Notes: a model not told the origin generated them from the letters alone. 64,000 nt of DNA from a virus (IMGVR_UViG_3300021400_001327:32001-96000); one strand, 5' to 3'; counted from the stretch's first letter, positions 9,229-19,788 are shown. A program made the numbers and translations.

Positions 9229-10374
9229 TTAGAAGATGCTGGCTTCTCCGTCGCTGCCATTGCTGACAGGGGCAAAGATGTCGAGCTCATCATGATTGTC
9301 GTCATGCTCATTTTTGCGGTTAGCGACGATGCTGACGCAGATTTTGTTCACGACGCTATTGATTTCGCAGTTCATGGGGTCGGCCTTGAACGCGTCAATC
9401 TCATCTTTCGCGTAAGCCTGCTCGGCTTCGCTATAGTCCTTCAGAGCACTCTCCAGTTCGGCAACGCGCTCTTTCTTCGCGTACTCCTCGACCTTCTGTT
9501 CGAGCTCCGCGATTTTGGCTTCCTGTGCAGTCGCCTCTTCTTTCAGCTGATTAACCTCGGCTTCCAGAGCAGCAACCTTTTCGTTCGCGGCGTTCAATTC
9601 CGCGTCCTTGGCTTCGATGCTCTCGTTCAGCTGATTGATCTCGTTCGTGTGATTTGCAGTATCATCAAGCACGGCATGCAATTCCGTCTTAATTTCATCA
9701 ACAAATCCACGGAGCTTGGTTTCATCCATGCTACCATCCTCCTTGTTGTTTAGTTCGAGTACATGACAAGACGTATCGGCTGGCGGTACAGCGCCAGACA
9801 GAATTGCATAGCCAGAGTACTCATATTGCATCGGGACGCGGCCTTCATCTTTATACCCGTCCTCGTACACAATCACATTGTTATTTTCCGGTGTGCCGAC
9901 GATCTCGACACTGCCCATCACGTTGCCGTTCGGGATTTCCTTCTTCAGGTAATCCACCAGCCCAGGGCAGCGATGTTCATACAGGACGCCCTCCGCCAGC
10001 AGTACCTTCGTGGGTGTACCGTCGATATCGACCGTCGTGATCTCGCCGCCGGTAATACTGCCGACAACCTCGGACGTTGTGCTGAACAAAGGCATCGGCT
10101 TGCCGTCGTAATCCTCTGTTTCGCCAAGATGTCCGTGTCCCGCGATCTCGGTCTCGTCAGCAGTCAGTCCTTTCTCAAGATACTCGACGACGATTTCCGA
10201 TGGCGCGAGCCGCTTCATGGCCTCGCGGACATATTCCTCTTTCCACGAGATGCCGTTGTACTGGAAGTCTTCCGGCGAGTCCATGATCCTGTGCAGTATC
10301 ATTTTGATGGGGCGCTTTCCGCCTCTCACCTGAGCTTCACTGAGTTCGTAGATTCTGGTTTTGATCTGTTCCAT
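9229..10374 (-). CDS. Prohead protease/scaffold protein
   Basis: N-terminal protease-like region (GH, GSVEI) plus acidic coiled-coil C-terminus; lies between portal and capsid. Confidence 0.65.
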   Translation of the reverse strand: MEQIKTRIYELSEAQVRGGKRPIKMILHRIMDSPEDFQYNGISWKEEYVREAMKRLAPSEIVVEYLEKGLTADETEIAGHGHLGETEDYDGKPMPLFSTTSEVVGSITGGEITTVDIDGTPTKVLLAEGVLYEHRCPGLVDYLKKEIPNGNVMGSVEIVGTPENNNVIVYEDGYKDEGRVPMQYEYSGYAILSGAVPPADTSCHVLELNNKEDGSMDETKLRGFVDEIKTELHAVLDDTANHTNEINQLNESIEAKDAELNAANEKVAALEAEVNQLKEEATAQEAKIAELEQKVEEYAKKERVAELESALKDYSEAEQAYAKDEIDAFKADPMNCEINSVVNKICVSIVANRKNEHDDNHDELDIFAPVSNGSDGEASIF

Positions 10375-10388
10375 GCAGAATCACCTCC

Positions 10389-11951
10389 TCAGTCGCTTGG
10401 GCTCGGCAGCGCATTGCCGCCATTGGCGCGGGTCGTCAAAGTCTTCGGGTTGTGGGTGTCCTCGTCTATGGGACGGCCACCCCCATTGCCGCCATTGTCA
10501 GCGCCAAACGTAAATGACGTCTGATGCACAGGATACTTATGTTCGACATCGTTCTCGAGCTCTTCATCGAGCATATCGAAGAACGCGTCGGCGCCGATGC
10601 CGACAGCGGTCGCCCACATCGACAGCGAGCCCTTGCCGTTCAGGTACAGGTCCTTCGACATCTCAACAAACTGCTTACGGTTCGTATAAGTGATCGGCAG
10701 GTACCGGATATCCACACGGTATTTGCTGTCCTGTACAATGTTGGCGTTGATGACTTTATTGAGCTCCTCGACAATCATGTCGATGACCTCGAACACCTCT
10801 GCTGTAATCAGCTGAAGGTTGTTCTCCTGAGCGCTGAAAGACGACGTGCCCTCGCCTGTCAGCAGGCTTCCGGCAAAGCCAAGACCGAGGGAAATATTCT
10901 TCCTCAGGTTCTGGCTGTTGTCTTCGTCGAGGATGCTCACGTCTGGCTTTAACACATCCAGCTTTGTTCCAGCCGCCACAGAAAAGAATGTTGTGGCGCC
11001 GGTAGAGCCGTTCGTGCCCTTAATGGCGTCACGCACCGTATCGTGCTGTAGCTTCTGCTGCTTATCGGTCAGTGCGCTCTCGCCCTTGTTCTTTCCCTCG
11101 GGGTATGTCTCATAAATGATGCGTTTGTTGATCTCATCGATAGCCAGCCGCTTCGACCGTGTCATCAGCGCGTCATACAGGATATCGTCGATAGCCGCCA
11201 GTGCCAGCGGCCTGCCGTATGGCTCAGACTTCTTCGCCCTGAACTTGATGGCGACGGTCTTGCTCGTATCGAGCACGCGCCACTGTTTGCCGTGCCCGGA
11301 CCGCCATTGCGCATAAGCATCCCTGATTTCCTTTGGATACCGGCGTAGCTTCTCCTCGGCTGGTTCATTACCGCTCAGCAGGAAGTATTCCAGATTGAAC
11401 GACAGCACATATGACCCGTTCCGTATGCCAACGATGCGTGTGTAGTCGGGATCAAGGTAGATAACAGCGGCGTTCAGCAGCGTGTTCTGTTCGTTGATCT
11501 CGACGATGTTATTGACCTGCCAGTCGCTCAGCGTGGTCTCCGTGCTCAGCGGGCGCTTCCGCGTTTCAAAGTACGCGAAATACACGCCGTCGATCAGCGT
11601 ATTGAAAAGCGCATCGCGAACGAGCTCCTTGTCCCGCACGATACGCAGTACGTCCTTGACGAGATTTTTATATTTCTGTTTCTTGTTCTTGCTGTCACCG
11701 TGCGCCACAAGCACATGATTGAGCGTCGGCAATGCCGTACAATAGTCTATGACGTTAGTGACGACGCCGTTACAGGAGTACAGCGTCCTGCTGAGCTCTC
11801 TGATCTCGCGGTTGAAAGTCATCGGCTCTTTGACGATTTCCTGTATCTTATCGATATCATACAGATCGAGGATATTGCATCCATACACCGGACGCCATGA
11901 TACATTATCCCATCGGGAACTGGCTTCATAGCTTGGGCTTTCCTCAGCCAT
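10389..11951 (-). CDS. Portal protein
   Basis: 520 aa directly after terminase; PYGRP motif and C-terminal GGRP. Confidence 0.75.
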   Translation of the reverse strand: MAEESPSYEASSRWDNVSWRPVYGCNILDLYDIDKIQEIVKEPMTFNREIRELSRTLYSCNGVVTNVIDYCTALPTLNHVLVAHGDSKNKKQKYKNLVKDVLRIVRDKELVRDALFNTLIDGVYFAYFETRKRPLSTETTLSDWQVNNIVEINEQNTLLNAAVIYLDPDYTRIVGIRNGSYVLSFNLEYFLLSGNEPAEEKLRRYPKEIRDAYAQWRSGHGKQWRVLDTSKTVAIKFRAKKSEPYGRPLALAAIDDILYDALMTRSKRLAIDEINKRIIYETYPEGKNKGESALTDKQQKLQHDTVRDAIKGTNGSTGATTFFSVAAGTKLDVLKPDVSILDEDNSQNLRKNISLGLGFAGSLLTGEGTSSFSAQENNLQLITAEVFEVIDMIVEELNKVINANIVQDSKYRVDIRYLPITYTNRKQFVEMSKDLYLNGKGSLSMWATAVGIGADAFFDMLDEELENDVEHKYPVHQTSFTFGADNGGNGGGRPIDEDTHNPKTLTTRANGGNALPSPSD

Positions 11952-11965
11952 CGGCGCTCACCTCC

Positions 11966-13735
11966 TTAATTGACATATACATGGTATTCATACTGACTTG
12001 ATGTAGACAGAAAGTCGTGCTCAAGCAGGGATGCAAAGTAAACGCCATAGCTGACAGACGTGTATCTGTCCTTGGTGTTGTTCCCTTGCTCCGATATCCT
12101 GATGATACCGGTGTCCGGCATTCTGTCATAAGTCAGACTGATCATTTCATTGATAAGGGCTCGCGTCTCGATGAACGGTCCCTCATAGAACATCTGTGTA
12201 TCGAGGTCAATGGCGTCAGCGTATCCCTTGACCTTCGGTAATATATCGTCGACCGCTACGTCGTACTGAGCCAGCAGGTGCATCCTGTGCTCGACGAACT
12301 CACGCCGCGTGACCTGCGCAATCTCACTGTTGATCCTTGATGAGGCGTTGACGGCAAACAACACCTCCATCGCGCCCTCAACGCGGACACGATTGGCTGT
12401 GTTCTCGTCATTCATGCATTTGAAGGCAGGCATCTCGGTCTGTGAGCTCTCATCATAGGTCGGTCTGGCCAGCATGTCGTATACTGCCACGCCGCCGTTC
12501 CGCATATCCAGCACCACATAGTCACAGCCTGTATCAAAGAAGACAGTCTTGATCCTTTTGGCTTGCTCCATCGTGTCGCCGCCATGAATGTGCTCCATAT
12601 AGACGACATGCTTCTGATATGCCATACTCCCGTTCTCGAAGTATTCCGGTAATAGCCTGATAACAGAAAACACAGAGTTGTCGTTGTTCTTCTTGTCGAC
12701 GAACGCCATATCACACGACAGAATCCTGATCTCGCCGTCCTGATGCTTCAGCGTCTCGCCTCTCTTAATCTGGTTGTAGCTGTCCTTGCGCGGGTAGATG
12801 GGCGGCTGCTGTATCGTCTGCGCCGCCGCGAGCATCTCATAGTCGAAGTAGGCGTTCTCGTTCTCGCCGACCATGATATTTTCGCTCTCGATTAACCAGG
12901 TGGTCGGGTCGTCCCTGCGCTTGTCCTTAATCAGCTGATTCCGTGTTTTGATTTTATGGTACAGTGTGATGACGTAATCGAACGCCAGCAACGAGTACCG
13001 CATGTTTCCATGCGCTACCTGCTGGGCGGTATCCCTGATTGTCTTCCACATCCAGTGCGATCTGTACCACGCGGACGATATATAGATGGTCTTGCTCTCT
13101 TCTGGCTCGATGTCCTTATACTCTGGAAGGTCCTTGTACGGCGCGTTGCGCACATGCTGGAATTTACTCAAGACAGAGTCGATGATGAACTTTTTGATCA
13201 TGCGGCACTCTTCCAGTATCAGGATAGTCGAGCGGTAGCCACGGGCGTTATCGTTGCCGACGACGACTACAATAGAGCTCTCGTTTCTGAACAGCACCTC
13301 GATATCGTCGCCCCGCGTCTTGATCGATTTGATTTCAGCGCGGAGGTTAGGCGATACCGGCATAAGCTCCTTCTCTATCTTTTCAGACACGATGAGCTTC
13401 GCCTGCTTCAGCGTGCCAGATGCGATAACGATTTGGCTCTTCGGTCTGAGGATGGCTTCGCAACAGGCGAAGATAGCCAGTACATAAGACTTGGATGTGG
13501 CGCGGGCGGCAATACACATTGACTCGTCCGCGTTGCCGAGCTCGTACAGCATCATCCGCTGGTATGGGTACAGCTTGAGCCCGAGGTAGTGTTCAGCGAA
13601 CCGGTGGATATTATGCCGGTAGAAGTCACACCAATCGATCAGAGCGTTGACGTGCTCCTGATCGCTCAGCCACCCGTCCTCGAAACGCTCAGCCAAAGCC
13701 CTCTGGTTTTTATCGAGCAATCGTTCGTTAGCCAT
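11966..13735 (-). CDS. terL: Terminase large subunit
   Basis: LYPYQ, Walker A-like AARATSKS, ARGYR..ILILEE, nuclease motifs SCDMA and KDRYTS; ATG 13735 after GGAGG. Confidence 0.9.
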   Translation of the reverse strand: MANERLLDKNQRALAERFEDGWLSDQEHVNALIDWCDFYRHNIHRFAEHYLGLKLYPYQRMMLYELGNADESMCIAARATSKSYVLAIFACCEAILRPKSQIVIASGTLKQAKLIVSEKIEKELMPVSPNLRAEIKSIKTRGDDIEVLFRNESSIVVVVGNDNARGYRSTILILEECRMIKKFIIDSVLSKFQHVRNAPYKDLPEYKDIEPEESKTIYISSAWYRSHWMWKTIRDTAQQVAHGNMRYSLLAFDYVITLYHKIKTRNQLIKDKRRDDPTTWLIESENIMVGENENAYFDYEMLAAAQTIQQPPIYPRKDSYNQIKRGETLKHQDGEIRILSCDMAFVDKKNNDNSVFSVIRLLPEYFENGSMAYQKHVVYMEHIHGGDTMEQAKRIKTVFFDTGCDYVVLDMRNGGVAVYDMLARPTYDESSQTEMPAFKCMNDENTANRVRVEGAMEVLFAVNASSRINSEIAQVTRREFVEHRMHLLAQYDVAVDDILPKVKGYADAIDLDTQMFYEGPFIETRALINEMISLTYDRMPDTGIIRISEQGNNTKDRYTSVSYGVYFASLLEHDFLSTSSQYEYHVYVN

Positions 13736-14768
13736 CGTCGTCGCCTCCGATGCTATCGAACGCCGCCGCCTCCTCGTCGGTGATAGAGAGCTCATCGTCC
13801 ACCTTCTGAGACGCCCTATTCAGCAGGTTCATCGTCGGGCGCCGCACGAAGCGGTCATAGTACGTTCCCTGCTTATCGACGTCCTTGTACGGCGTGTTCT
13901 TAACATACTGGGCTGGCGTATATTTCTCGATATATCCCAACAGTACACCGATCGGCGGGACGTCGTTGTCGTCCTTGGGGTTAACGACAGAGTCGAAGCC
14001 GCTCTCGGCGATAGACTTTCGCAGGGCGGAAGACAGCGCCGAAGCATTGGGCTTGTCATTCTTGATAGCCTCCATGCATCGGTATTCAAGTGCGGCCAGA
14101 AAGCGGGCGCTCTTCAACTGACCAGCGGTGGCCGTATCACCCAATGGGTCGATATAGCCACGGTAGATTCTGTACATATAGCCGTACGCCTTTTCCTCAA
14201 AGCCCTCGCCAAAAATATTGACAGCCCTGCTGAGGTCGTCCGTCGATAAACCGGCGTCGGCCAAAGTGACGACATTTCCGCCCCCAGAATACACACGGTC
14301 GCCCTCATCCTGAAGTGTGTCGTCAAAAGATTTATTGATAGAGGATACACTCATCCGAATACGGTGAAGGTATTCCTCCATCCCTTGTTTTTCCGGCAAT
14401 ATGCGGTCCATGATTTTCGGATCATAATACGCGTCGATCCACTCACAGGTTCGACGAACAGCCTTCTGCATATCACCAGAATACATCTCCATGTGGTCGT
14501 TGAAGAATTTTTCGATGCAGTCCATACACACGGCTGTGTAACTGTAATTGCCCGCGTATGTGCTCGATCCAACCTGCGGGAAATATGTCCTCTGCATGGG
14601 ATATGTTTTCCCGCACATCGGACATTTGGTCGGCACATCAGGGACTTTAGGTTTCTCTCGTGGCGGCGGAGACTTGTCTTTGTTCGCCGCCGCGCCTTGT
14701 CCCTTGTTGCGCGTCCTTTTCTCCTTCACGATCACCTGTTCTTTGATTACAACTGGTATCGCTGGCAT
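13728..14768 (-). CDS. Putative terminase small subunit (Zn-finger N-terminus)
   Basis: Overlaps the terL start; CPMC..CMDC. Confidence 0.5.
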   Translation of the reverse strand: MPAIPVVIKEQVIVKEKRTRNKGQGAAANKDKSPPPREKPKVPDVPTKCPMCGKTYPMQRTYFPQVGSSTYAGNYSYTAVCMDCIEKFFNDHMEMYSGDMQKAVRRTCEWIDAYYDPKIMDRILPEKQGMEEYLHRIRMSVSSINKSFDDTLQDEGDRVYSGGGNVVTLADAGLSTDDLSRAVNIFGEGFEEKAYGYMYRIYRGYIDPLGDTATAGQLKSARFLAALEYRCMEAIKNDKPNASALSSALRKSIAESGFDSVVNPKDDNDVPPIGVLLGYIEKYTPAQYVKNTPYKDVDKQGTYYDRFVRRPTMNLLNRASQKVDDELSITDEEAAAFDSIGGDDDG

Positions 14769-14798
14769 CTTTCAACATTCCTTTATTCCCAAAAATAC

Positions 14799-14830
14799 AA
14801 AAACCCCGTGGGCGCAAAGACCCACGGGAC
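14799..14830 (-). terminator. Intrinsic terminator
   Basis: CCCGTGGG/CCCACGGG stem followed by GTTTTT. Confidence 0.6.
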
Positions 14831-14916
14831 CCACTACAATCGCATTAAGGCAGCGAAACGCCATATGTTACGGCTCGCTGGCATAAGCCACCAACAGCGG
14901 CGCAGCCTGTAACTTC

Positions 14917-16173
14917 TTAGTCATCGTCTTCTTCCTCCGCGTACTCGTTGTGATCGAGCGTCACATTATATATACACTCCACTGTCCGACGGTTCGACGT
15001 GATGACCACCGTCTGCTCCACCGGCGCGAACAGACGCTTGTTGAAAGCGTAGCTGTCGGCGCCAGACAGGCATCCACACTGAATCACTCTCGTCTTTCCG
15101 ATAGTGTTATAAGCGCTGTGGTGCATATGCCCCATCAGGATAATATCGGGGATGCGTCCGTAAATCTGCGTCATGTTTCCGGCGACCTTATCCATGCTGT
15201 CGAGGTCACCATGCACGATGACCACGTCACGTCCGGCCTTCGTTTTGAATAGCTGGTTATAATGGTACGATGCGTCACCGCTCGGCATAACCAGTATACG
15301 GCTGTTGCTCGCAGTCGCGGCCTCCAGATAAAACGGGATCAGGTCATCAAGGTTGTCGCCAGGGATATTATCCTCTTTGTTCGAGTTGACCCTGCTGTGG
15401 TTGCCGCTGACGCTATAGATGTAGATTTGCCCGAAGACGCCGCTCAGTTGATAGAGAAACCAGCTGATCTCGCGGCATACGAACTTGATTTGCTGGACAG
15501 TGTTCATGTTGTTCGTAGCGGTGATTGAGGCATGGATACTGCCACTGATCTGGTCGCCCAGAAGGCAGAGATGACATACACCAATATGATGCCGCTCCTG
15601 TATCTCCTTGAGATTTTCGAGATACTCGGCCAGCCTGTTATGCAGTACACTGTGGTCATAGTCATTCATCAGATTGCTGGCCGTAACGCCGACATGCATG
15701 TCAGACAGACACACGATAGCTTCACAGTCCGTGTCGCCCTTATGTTTCGGCTCCATGACCTTTACAGGACACTGCTCTACCAGCACGTCTCTGAGCGCGT
15801 CCATGAATGACTCCTTGCGGGCTTCCTCGCGAAGCTGGCGGTTGAACTGGTTGCGCTCGTCTCTGAGGCGGGTGCGCTCCTTATACAGTTCCTGTTTTGC
15901 CTCGCGAAGCTCCCGGACGAGCTCATCCTCCCCTTTGTTGGCGAAGACCTCGTTATAGTATGTCATCGCCTGAGTATATGGTTTCCGGTACGTTGCGCTG
16001 TCGAAATGACAGCCAAGCTGGTCGTTCAGGACATCTGTGAGCTCATCCCATGTCATGTCGAGTTCGCCGTGGTCCTTCATGGTGGCCAGCCTGTAGATAT
16101 ATTGTATCCGGCTTTCCTCATCTCTTTTCTTCAATTCCTGTTCCAATCTCATCGCTCCTCGAATATATATCAT
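14917..16173 (-). CDS. Calcineurin-like metallophosphoesterase
   Basis: SDMH, LGD, GNH, HGD and GHMH motifs. Confidence 0.85.
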   Translation of the reverse strand: MIYIRGAMRLEQELKKRDEESRIQYIYRLATMKDHGELDMTWDELTDVLNDQLGCHFDSATYRKPYTQAMTYYNEVFANKGEDELVRELREAKQELYKERTRLRDERNQFNRQLREEARKESFMDALRDVLVEQCPVKVMEPKHKGDTDCEAIVCLSDMHVGVTASNLMNDYDHSVLHNRLAEYLENLKEIQERHHIGVCHLCLLGDQISGSIHASITATNNMNTVQQIKFVCREISWFLYQLSGVFGQIYIYSVSGNHSRVNSNKEDNIPGDNLDDLIPFYLEAATASNSRILVMPSGDASYHYNQLFKTKAGRDVVIVHGDLDSMDKVAGNMTQIYGRIPDIILMGHMHHSAYNTIGKTRVIQCGCLSGADSYAFNKRLFAPVEQTVVITSNRRTVECIYNVTLDHNEYAEEEDDD

Positions 16174-16903
16174 CAGCCCACTCGGCGACCTGGCCGCGCC
16201 GCGACTTGGTCAACTGTGTATAATCACACAGGTCTGGCCGCTTCATAAAATGCTCTATATATGGCACAAAACCGCTGAGACGTTTGTTTGGCAGGTCGAT
16301 TTGCTCGCGATGGCCGATGACCACCACAAGGCTATTGTCGAACACACGCGTCAGCAAAAGCCGCATTTCGTCTACCGTGGCGTTCTGCGCCTCGTCGATG
16401 ATAACGATGGCCCTGTTGTCCGGGTCATTACTGCCGAGGTTGCACCCACGCATATACATCTGCCCACTACAATAGATAGGGTTGTCGATGGCTGTCTCTT
16501 CGTCGATGTCGCCATAGCATATCTTCCTGTCGGGGCTGAGACCGGCAGTGATAAGCGCTTGCTCCACAGGGATGAAGTACGGCTTCGTCTTCTCCAGAAG
16601 ACCCGGCCTGTATCCTACCTTTGATTCAGCAGAGCCGCCCATTGCGCGGATGTAATAGGTTTTGTTGGCAAGTCCGTAGTCCATAGCGATCACAGCCAGC
16701 AGTACTGCCAGCGTAGTCTTACCAGACCCGCTCTTGCCTTCAACAAAAACCACCTTCCCGTTTTTGGCGCCCCGCCACATCAGATCAACATAGTGGCGCT
16801 GCTCATCGTTCATGCTCTTTGCGAGCCCGAAGAATGGTGAGTCCTCGAGCGTTTCCGGCGGTGCCTCGCGTTCTGCGGGACGTGTACTCTTTCTTGTTGC
16901 CAA
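16118..16903 (-). CDS. phoH: PhoH-like ATPase
   Basis: GKSGSGKT, YMRG, IIDEAQN, LLTR, QIDL. Confidence 0.85.
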   Translation of the reverse strand: MATRKSTRPAEREAPPETLEDSPFFGLAKSMNDEQRHYVDLMWRGAKNGKVVFVEGKSGSGKTTLAVLLAVIAMDYGLANKTYYIRAMGGSAESKVGYRPGLLEKTKPYFIPVEQALITAGLSPDRKICYGDIDEETAIDNPIYCSGQMYMRGCNLGSNDPDNRAIVIIDEAQNATVDEMRLLLTRVFDNSLVVVIGHREQIDLPNKRLSGFVPYIEHFMKRPDLCDYTQLTKSRRGQVAEWADDIYSRSDEIGTGIEEKR

Positions 16904-16930
16904 GCGGTCTCCACATCCTTTCGTAAAAGA

Positions 16931-17626
16931 TCAGAAGATAATATCTTCAACCTTTGTGATGATGGCATCAGCAATACCGCAGTCAACGGCCTCAGCAGAA
17001 CTCATATATGTATCTGTCTGCATAAACCGTTCCACATTAACACGCGGTATCTTCGTGCGGTCAACAACCATATCAACCATATCGACGACCTGCATATCCC
17101 ACTGCTTCATGCTGTTATGCGCAGACCTGTGGTCCATACTCATGCCATCCACAGACCCGCGATGCATCATGAACCAGCTATGCTTCGTCGCGAAGCGCTT
17201 GTGGCAGGCCAGATAGATAAAGAACGCCGCGCTGTAAGCGATACCGAAGTTGATACCATAGACAGGCGTGGTGCTCATTTGAATGGCGTCATACAACTGC
17301 ATACAGGCATCGAGCTCTCCGCCGTGTGAGTTGATCATGATACAGATAGGCAGGCGCTTGTCCACCGGCGTTTCTGTGTCATCACGATTCCACTGGATGA
17401 TGCGCCGCACGATTTTCGTGGCGCCCTCTACATCGATATCGTCGTCGATCCACACGATACGGTTCATGTCGTCCTGCATGGCTTGCAACTCATCAGGTCC
17501 CGGCACTGAGCCAAGATTGCCATCGCAGTCACAATCGTCGAGTACGATCCCCATCTCTTTGGCTTGTTCCTCAGTGATATACTGAATGTTTTCCTCACTT
17601 TTCATACTGCCGCTTCTCCTTCTCAA
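16931..17626 (-). CDS. clpP: ClpP-family protease subunit
   Basis: INSHGG, AYSAA (catalytic Ser), MMH, YMSS.EA...GIAD. Confidence 0.85.
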   Translation of the reverse strand: MRRRSGSMKSEENIQYITEEQAKEMGIVLDDCDCDGNLGSVPGPDELQAMQDDMNRIVWIDDDIDVEGATKIVRRIIQWNRDDTETPVDKRLPICIMINSHGGELDACMQLYDAIQMSTTPVYGINFGIAYSAAFFIYLACHKRFATKHSWFMMHRGSVDGMSMDHRSAHNSMKQWDMQVVDMVDMVVDRTKIPRVNVERFMQTDTYMSSAEAVDCGIADAIITKVEDIIF

Positions 17627-17771
17627 AATTCTTCAGCGCGTTCAGCACCTTCATGCTCTCCTCCACATAATACCTGTGGCGTTGGCTATGGGCTTTCATC
17701 GTTCTGACAATGTTGAGATTGGGGAATCGACCTCTCAAATATTCCGCTTCTTCTTTGCCGATAAGTACCAT
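17595..17771 (-). CDS. Small hypothetical protein
   Basis: ATG 17771 after AAGGAG. Confidence 0.6.
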   Translation of the reverse strand: MVLIGKEEAEYLRGRFPNLNIVRTMKAHSQRHRYYVEESMKVLNALKNFEKEKRQYEK

Positions 17772-17798
17772 ACAAAGAACTCCTTCACGTAAATTCCC

Positions 17799-17846
17799 GA
17801 TACAGATCGGGTGATACAACTATGATGATACAAGTTGGCCGATACA
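17799..17846 (-). promoter_or_regulatory. Four TGTATC direct repeats at exact 14-bp period
   Basis: GATACA on the plus strand at 17799, 17813, 17827 and 17841, upstream of the late gene block. Confidence 0.65.
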
Positions 17847-17882
17847 TAATTATATATCATAGTTTCCTATAACACGACGAAA

Positions 17883-18512
17883 TCAGCGAGAACCAAGACG
17901 CAGAGCCGCATACAGCGCCTCGATGTCGTTGTCGATAAGTTCGTGCTCTCCTGTATTTTTATATGGCACAAGCAGTTTGAAGCATGACACAGAGCGGCGA
18001 TATTTTGAGAAACGACCAGCGGCCTTGCCTTTGTCTGTATCTACCTTTGCGATGTATTGCCACTCGCACAGGCGGCGGATATTGCGCCCGCGAACGTTGG
18101 CGCCTTTCATATCCAGCCAATTAGCCAGTTGCTCGGTTGACGCCTGAAACACCCCACGCCTGTCAGCGAACGCCTTTGCATTGCACAACAGGGCAAGCGC
18201 CACCTTCCTGTCTGTCTCTGTCGGCGCATGGTCCACGATATTCTGGGCGTCTGTCTCTGATACGAACACACGACAGCCACTGTGAAGCTCGGCTTCATTG
18301 ATGTACGCAGCGTTGACGCACTGAAGGAGATTCAGCCCGTTCGTCTTGTGGCCATTCAGCCAATCACGAATAAAGGAGACGGCGTCCACTGGGGACTCGC
18401 CGTCTGCCTTCATCAGCTTGGATATCATATAACATGCCCGATACAGCCGACTCTGCTCCTCTGGCGGCTGTCCAGACATATACTTCTTAACTTCCGCGAC
18501 CTCGTCAATCAT
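17883..18512 (-). CDS. Hypothetical protein, possible winged-helix C-terminus
   Basis: Coupled to the RNAP stop; STEQLANWL..NV..RNIRRL pattern. Confidence 0.6.
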   Translation of the reverse strand: MIDEVAEVKKYMSGQPPEEQSRLYRACYMISKLMKADGESPVDAVSFIRDWLNGHKTNGLNLLQCVNAAYINEAELHSGCRVFVSETDAQNIVDHAPTETDRKVALALLCNAKAFADRRGVFQASTEQLANWLDMKGANVRGRNIRRLCEWQYIAKVDTDKGKAAGRFSKYRRSVSCFKLLVPYKNTGEHELIDNDIEALYAALRLGSR

Positions 18513-19494
18513 CGTCATCCTCCAGAAAATCAAAGATGCCCGGTTCAAGCGAGATGTCCATCTCGTCACTGTTCATCGGGACCATCGTGTAGTGACGCCC
18601 AAGATAGCTGAGCTCGCCATCATCATCGCGCTTTGGCACCATGATGCCAGCCTGCGGCTTCACGTTCGCCACGACACCGTCCGGCGCCACGACCCAAGGG
18701 AACTTCCTTCCGCGCCCTTTGTACACCTCATGCACGAGCTTTGTAGCAATATTGGCCAGCACCCGCTGGTCATCACAAACCTCAGCGCACAGCTTCCTAT
18801 ACTTCTGATACAGCGCGTCCCAGTCGGCGATGAAGGTAGTCGCCTCGTACTTCGTAAACTGCTGTCTGATCTCACGGTCAGAGTACCGCCTGACTTTCGT
18901 CTGGTATTTCTGGAGCTCGTTCGTCTCCTTGCAGAAGTCTTTGAATATCTTGGCCACCGCGTCGAACTGCTCTTGTGTGTAGGCAATGCTCTCGTCGCAC
19001 ATCACACTGTAGTCGAATCGCTCCTTCCGCCGCCACTTAAGCTCACGTTCCCATTTCTCGAGCTCACGGCAGAGGCGGTTCATATTGCTCGGCGCTTTTG
19101 AAAGTTCCATCCTTGCGTAGTACGGCGACCGATACCGCATAAAATACGGGAGGGGTCTGCCCCACTTACTGATTACGCGGGGCATTGAATAAAGGACGCC
19201 GGTTTTTGCGTAATCGATGCTCTTCCCGACGATGGTACTGATAATGTCCTCATACTTCTCGTACCGCTCCTTCTGCTCATCTGTCTTCGGGCAGCGGTTC
19301 AGATATACACTCGCGTAGTTGCTGTACTCGCCAATCATATTCTTTGTTGTTCTGGTCAACAGCAGGACGCGACCGGCGGCGTCGTTGTTTTCCTTCAGGG
19401 CTGTGACCTTGTCTTCCATGTCGATAACGATAGTGGCGTTTTTGTCCGACCCGTCCAGGAAGAGCGGGTTGTCATTGACCAGTACGATATCACC
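18505..19494 (-). CDS. YonO-like single-subunit RNA polymerase, exon 2
   Basis: Begins GD (second half of DFDGD); IDYAKTG motif of the QDE-1/YonO family. Confidence 0.85.
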   Translation of the reverse strand, partial: GDIVLVNDNPLFLDGSDKNATIVIDMEDKVTALKENNDAAGRVLLLTRTTKNMIGEYSNYASVYLNRCPKTDEQKERYEKYEDIISTIVGKSIDYAKTGVLYSMPRVISKWGRPLPYFMRYRSPYYARMELSKAPSNMNRLCRELEKWERELKWRRKERFDYSVMCDESIAYTQEQFDAVAKIFKDFCKETNELQKYQTKVRRYSDREIRQQFTKYEATTFIADWDALYQKYRKLCAEVCDDQRVLANIATKLVHEVYKGRGRKFPWVVAPDGVVANVKPQAGIMVPKRDDDGELSYLGRHYTMVPMNSDEMDISLEPGIFDFLEDDDD

Positions 19495-19788
19495 CATAAC
19501 CCACCGGCTTTCGCCGATGGCCGGACTATTTCTTTACCCATTGCTGGGCAGCTGGCACTTCGCCGACTGGAGTTTCACCAGCCAGCTACTCCTTACGGAT
19601 AGTCTCTACACCTTCCTCTCACGAGGCTTGGCACGGCATTGTCCTGCGCTCATGCGTTTAGAGTTTTGCCGTTAGCCGACCCAAAAGTCCATATATTATT
19701 GATAGTGGTCATTTGGTCCGACACCCCAGTTGTCTGGGTTCACCAGCTTTTCATCATCACGTTACCGTGATGCGCGACAGTGTTACTT
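19495..19788 (-). ncRNA. Group I intron (294 nt, no ORF) in RNAP catalytic motif
   Basis: P1 exon CGAU pairs with GUCG (U.G at the splice site); core elements GTAGAGACTA and AAGAAATAGTC; terminal G at 19495; splicing gives NGADFD-GD. Confidence 0.92.

Noticed and set aside
8212-9753. Long plus-strand ORF; likewise 29681-30709, 32817-34232 and 54265-55473 on the minus strand
   Set aside because: Antisense shadows of codon-biased genes; no RBS or recognisable motifs.
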